This document shows positions 62,601 to 64,000 of a DNA stretch of 64,000 nt, piece by piece (the first letter of the stretch is position 1; every line of letters starts with the position of its first letter). The notes beneath the pieces are model-generated. The model was not told the DNA's origin. It saw nothing but the letters and a program-made list of their open reading frames with translations, and did no database searches. The position numbers were made by a program, and so were the translations under genes. The DNA is from Orbicella franksi (taxonomy: Eukaryota), in contig OZ116701.1 in NCBI GenBank assembly GCA_964199315.1, forward strand, positions 7,254,001-7,318,000, read 5' to 3'.

Positions 62601-63355
62601 ATTCATAAGTTTGAGAAATTAGTCATTAACAAGGGACTCATCACAAGAACTCTTGAAACATCTGTGATCTGATTTACGTTGGATTTTATCTCTAATTTAG
62701 TTACCATGCACTGGGGTATTCAGCGTCTTGTCTTAGCCATGATTTCTACAGTATTCCTGACTTGTCGCGTCTTCTCGCGGACAATGTCATCAAGTCTCTA
62801 CAGTATGTTCCAAACTATAGACTGAGGTTTGTTGTGCGTATCCTTTGAACTTCCGCAAGTCCAATTTACACCGACTGATATACGGTTCTCGATCCGTAAC
62901 AGTTTGACAGATCGTAAAAGACAGTTTTCGGTCCGTATACGATCGGAAAATTGTATCTCATCAGGGGTACGTGGAATATAAATCACGTGTTATTTGAGTG
63001 AAGGGTGAAACGGTTTGTACAAATCCTGCAGCCTAACCACTGGGCCACACCACCATTACATCCACAATGCTGTTAAAAAAGTTTTTTTTTATTTACTGGT
63101 CATTAGAACCTAGGACCATGTAAAAAAAATAAAGTAAAAAAAAAACAAAAAAAACTGGATATGTGTTTGACCGAACAGGTTAAATGTTCTGATACTTATT
63201 TATGTTTATGTTATGCTTGTCTTTCTGTGTGTCCTTGATTTCCTTGACATAGCTCAGGTAATTTTTTAAAGTTGTTTATCCTGCACTGCCCCGAGTGTGA
63301 CTATCAAGATGTAATGATACCTGTCTTGTCTCCATTCTTCTCATTCATGCTTCAG
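45831..63355 (+). CDS. XPO5: Exportin-5, first 28 exons (928 codons); gene continues beyond the window
   Basis: Exons: 45831-45929, 46372-46493, 47521-47593, 47839-47976, 48241-48429, 48738-48776, 49096-49281, 50101-50177, 51094-51196, 51816-51899, 52609-52734, 53340-53430, 54298-54423, 55177-55277, 55560-55658, 56291-56386, 56861-56902, 57619-57708, 57902-58005, 58272-58361, 58445-58518, 59042-59067, 59229-59291, 60476-60591, 61292-61392, 61674-61767, 62701-62837, 63258-63355; all in phase. Motifs HIKEALSRLIVEITKREWPQKW, ILLRLAEDV, YLFLKRLCQVL, RRHACAAVIKIC, NPCAPHVL and VPNYRLR match vertebrate XPO5. Confidence 0.95.
50550..50604. repeat. (CAAT)n microsatellite
   Basis: About 13-14 perfect CAAT units. 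Confidence 0.95.
52913..53213 (-). mobile_element. tRNA-head SINE, near full length, antisense in XPO5 intron 11
   Basis: Reverse complement begins tgtgggaggcgtggtgacctcatggttagtgcac and ends ...ttggctcatatgcagactttatc, matching the 697-1010 copy. Confidence 0.85.
53554..53735 (+). mobile_element. tRNA-head SINE, 3'-truncated, sense in XPO5 intron 12
   Basis: tgtggaaggcatggtgacctcatggttaatg...gggttcgagccc (B-box)...gtgttcttgg...ttactctcacagtgcctctctccacccagg. Confidence 0.85.
53880..54025. repeat. Degenerate ~45-bp minisatellite (about 3 units)
   Basis: Repeated catgctctttgagcaaa(a)tg...cataaaattaat. Confidence 0.75.
59353..59599. mobile_element. MITE with ~28-bp imperfect TIRs
   Basis: ccagagctgggttgttcgaaagccggtta / taatcgggtttttgaacaacccggctcagg. 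Confidence 0.75.
59833..60130. mobile_element. Poly-G/poly-C-ended MITE
   Basis: gggggcgaactcccacataaaaaggacaggggtgctcgt / gacaagcacccccgtcctttttatatgggagttccccc are inverted. Confidence 0.8.
60634..60830 (+). mobile_element. Degenerate SINE of the same family
   Basis: gactccggatcgagtggtctggtttcgagc head and gcatgtcatccaagggagtagg tail fragment. Confidence 0.55.
61940..62169. mobile_element. TTAA-flanked MITE with internal hairpin
   Basis: TTAA|GGCTCGGCTAATCA ... TGATTAGCCGAGCC|TTAA; internal palindrome aaatggttaaaatct...ctgtctcgg / ccgagacag...agattttaaccattt. Confidence 0.8.
62328..62615 (+). repeat. Hairpin-headed interspersed repeat, copy 2
   Basis: Colinear with 32515-32795 over ~285 bp, including the tail atccaaacactctcacggtcatgattt...aaacttgatgaattatt. 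Confidence 0.85.
62838..63257 (+). other. U12-type (minor spliceosome) GT-AG intron in XPO5
   Basis: 5' site GTATCCTTT; branch point TTCCTTGAC at 63240-63248, 9 nt from the 3' AG; no polypyrimidine tract between branch point and AG; splicing restores the frame (RFVV-R-NFLKLF). Confidence 0.9.
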
Positions 63356-63520
63356 GTATGGTATCCACATCGAGCGAAGAGAGAAATTGTCGTCTTATGT
63401 TTGTTTGTTTTTTTGTTTTGGTTCGTTGTTCATCTCATTGTAACTTTACTCGCTTCTTCTGGAAATTGTAGGGTGCTTCTTTAACCAAACCAGGACGGTA
63501 GCGACAACGAGAACGTCTCT

Positions 63521-63710
63521 CAGTCCACACTACGCCGGAGAAATTTGTAAACGCAGCTTTAATTTTTTTTCTACGGTTAGGCCTACCGTCCACACTAATC
63601 CGTTTCGTAAACTGAGCTTTTCGAAAACGCTTTTCAAACCGGAGGAATTTGAAAACGCCGGCTTTGCGTTTTAGTGTGGACGGGAAACTTTCTGAAAACG
63701 AAGCTTTGAA
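63521..63710. mobile_element. Harbinger-like non-autonomous element fragment
   Basis: gtccacactacgccggagaaatttgtaaacgcag...gcgttttagtgtggacggg; matches 33350 and 29022. Confidence 0.7.
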
Positions 63711-64000
63711 CCCTTTGGATGCCAACTACGCATACGCGTAATTAATGGTCGTGCTCTTTGTACCACTTTTGACGTCATCAATTTAAATGTCATCAGATAT
63801 TCTTGATAAGCAGATAGTAGTGCTAGGCTAGCCCTTTCCGCACAATGGTCAGGTTTAGATATCGACGACATTCCGACGTCGCAAATCGAAAAACAACGTT
63901 ATCAGTTTTGGTGCAAAAACGGTGGTAAAATGGTCCACAACGCCTATGATTGGTCAAGGTCCATTTCTAGGCTTCGCCCGTAATTAACATCCAACTTTTC

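Overview
Eukaryotic, intron-rich genomic DNA; gene content and repeat families point to a cnidarian, probably a stony coral (inferred from familiarity with the repeats, not tested). Most entries in the supplied ORF track are spurious or exon fragments, so genes were rebuilt by hand from splice sites and reading phase. In order: the 3' part of a ZC2HC1C-like C2HC zinc-finger gene (+, to 1597); a 5-exon, 269-aa gene with two FAM53-like motifs (-, 4875-8402); a repeat-rich 8.5-25 kb interval that appears to hide an unrecognised multi-exon + strand gene (core exons 21160-24912); a 30-exon NEK9 (-, 45470 to about 25369, about 938 aa, last exon uncertain); a 360-bp bidirectional promoter; and exportin-5 (XPO5, +, from 45831, 28 exons, running off the window). 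Introns carry tRNA-head SINEs and many MITEs (TA, TWA and TTAA target-site classes), plus a 1.77-kb Kolobok-like relic. Best leads: a tandemly duplicated NEK6/7-docking motif in NEK9, the orphan gene candidate, ZC2HC1C-NEK9 linkage matching human, a U12-type intron in XPO5, an inverted SINE pair around one XPO5 exon, and CpG depletion that stops mid-gene. No prokaryote-type systems, CRISPR arrays, tRNA or rRNA genes were found.
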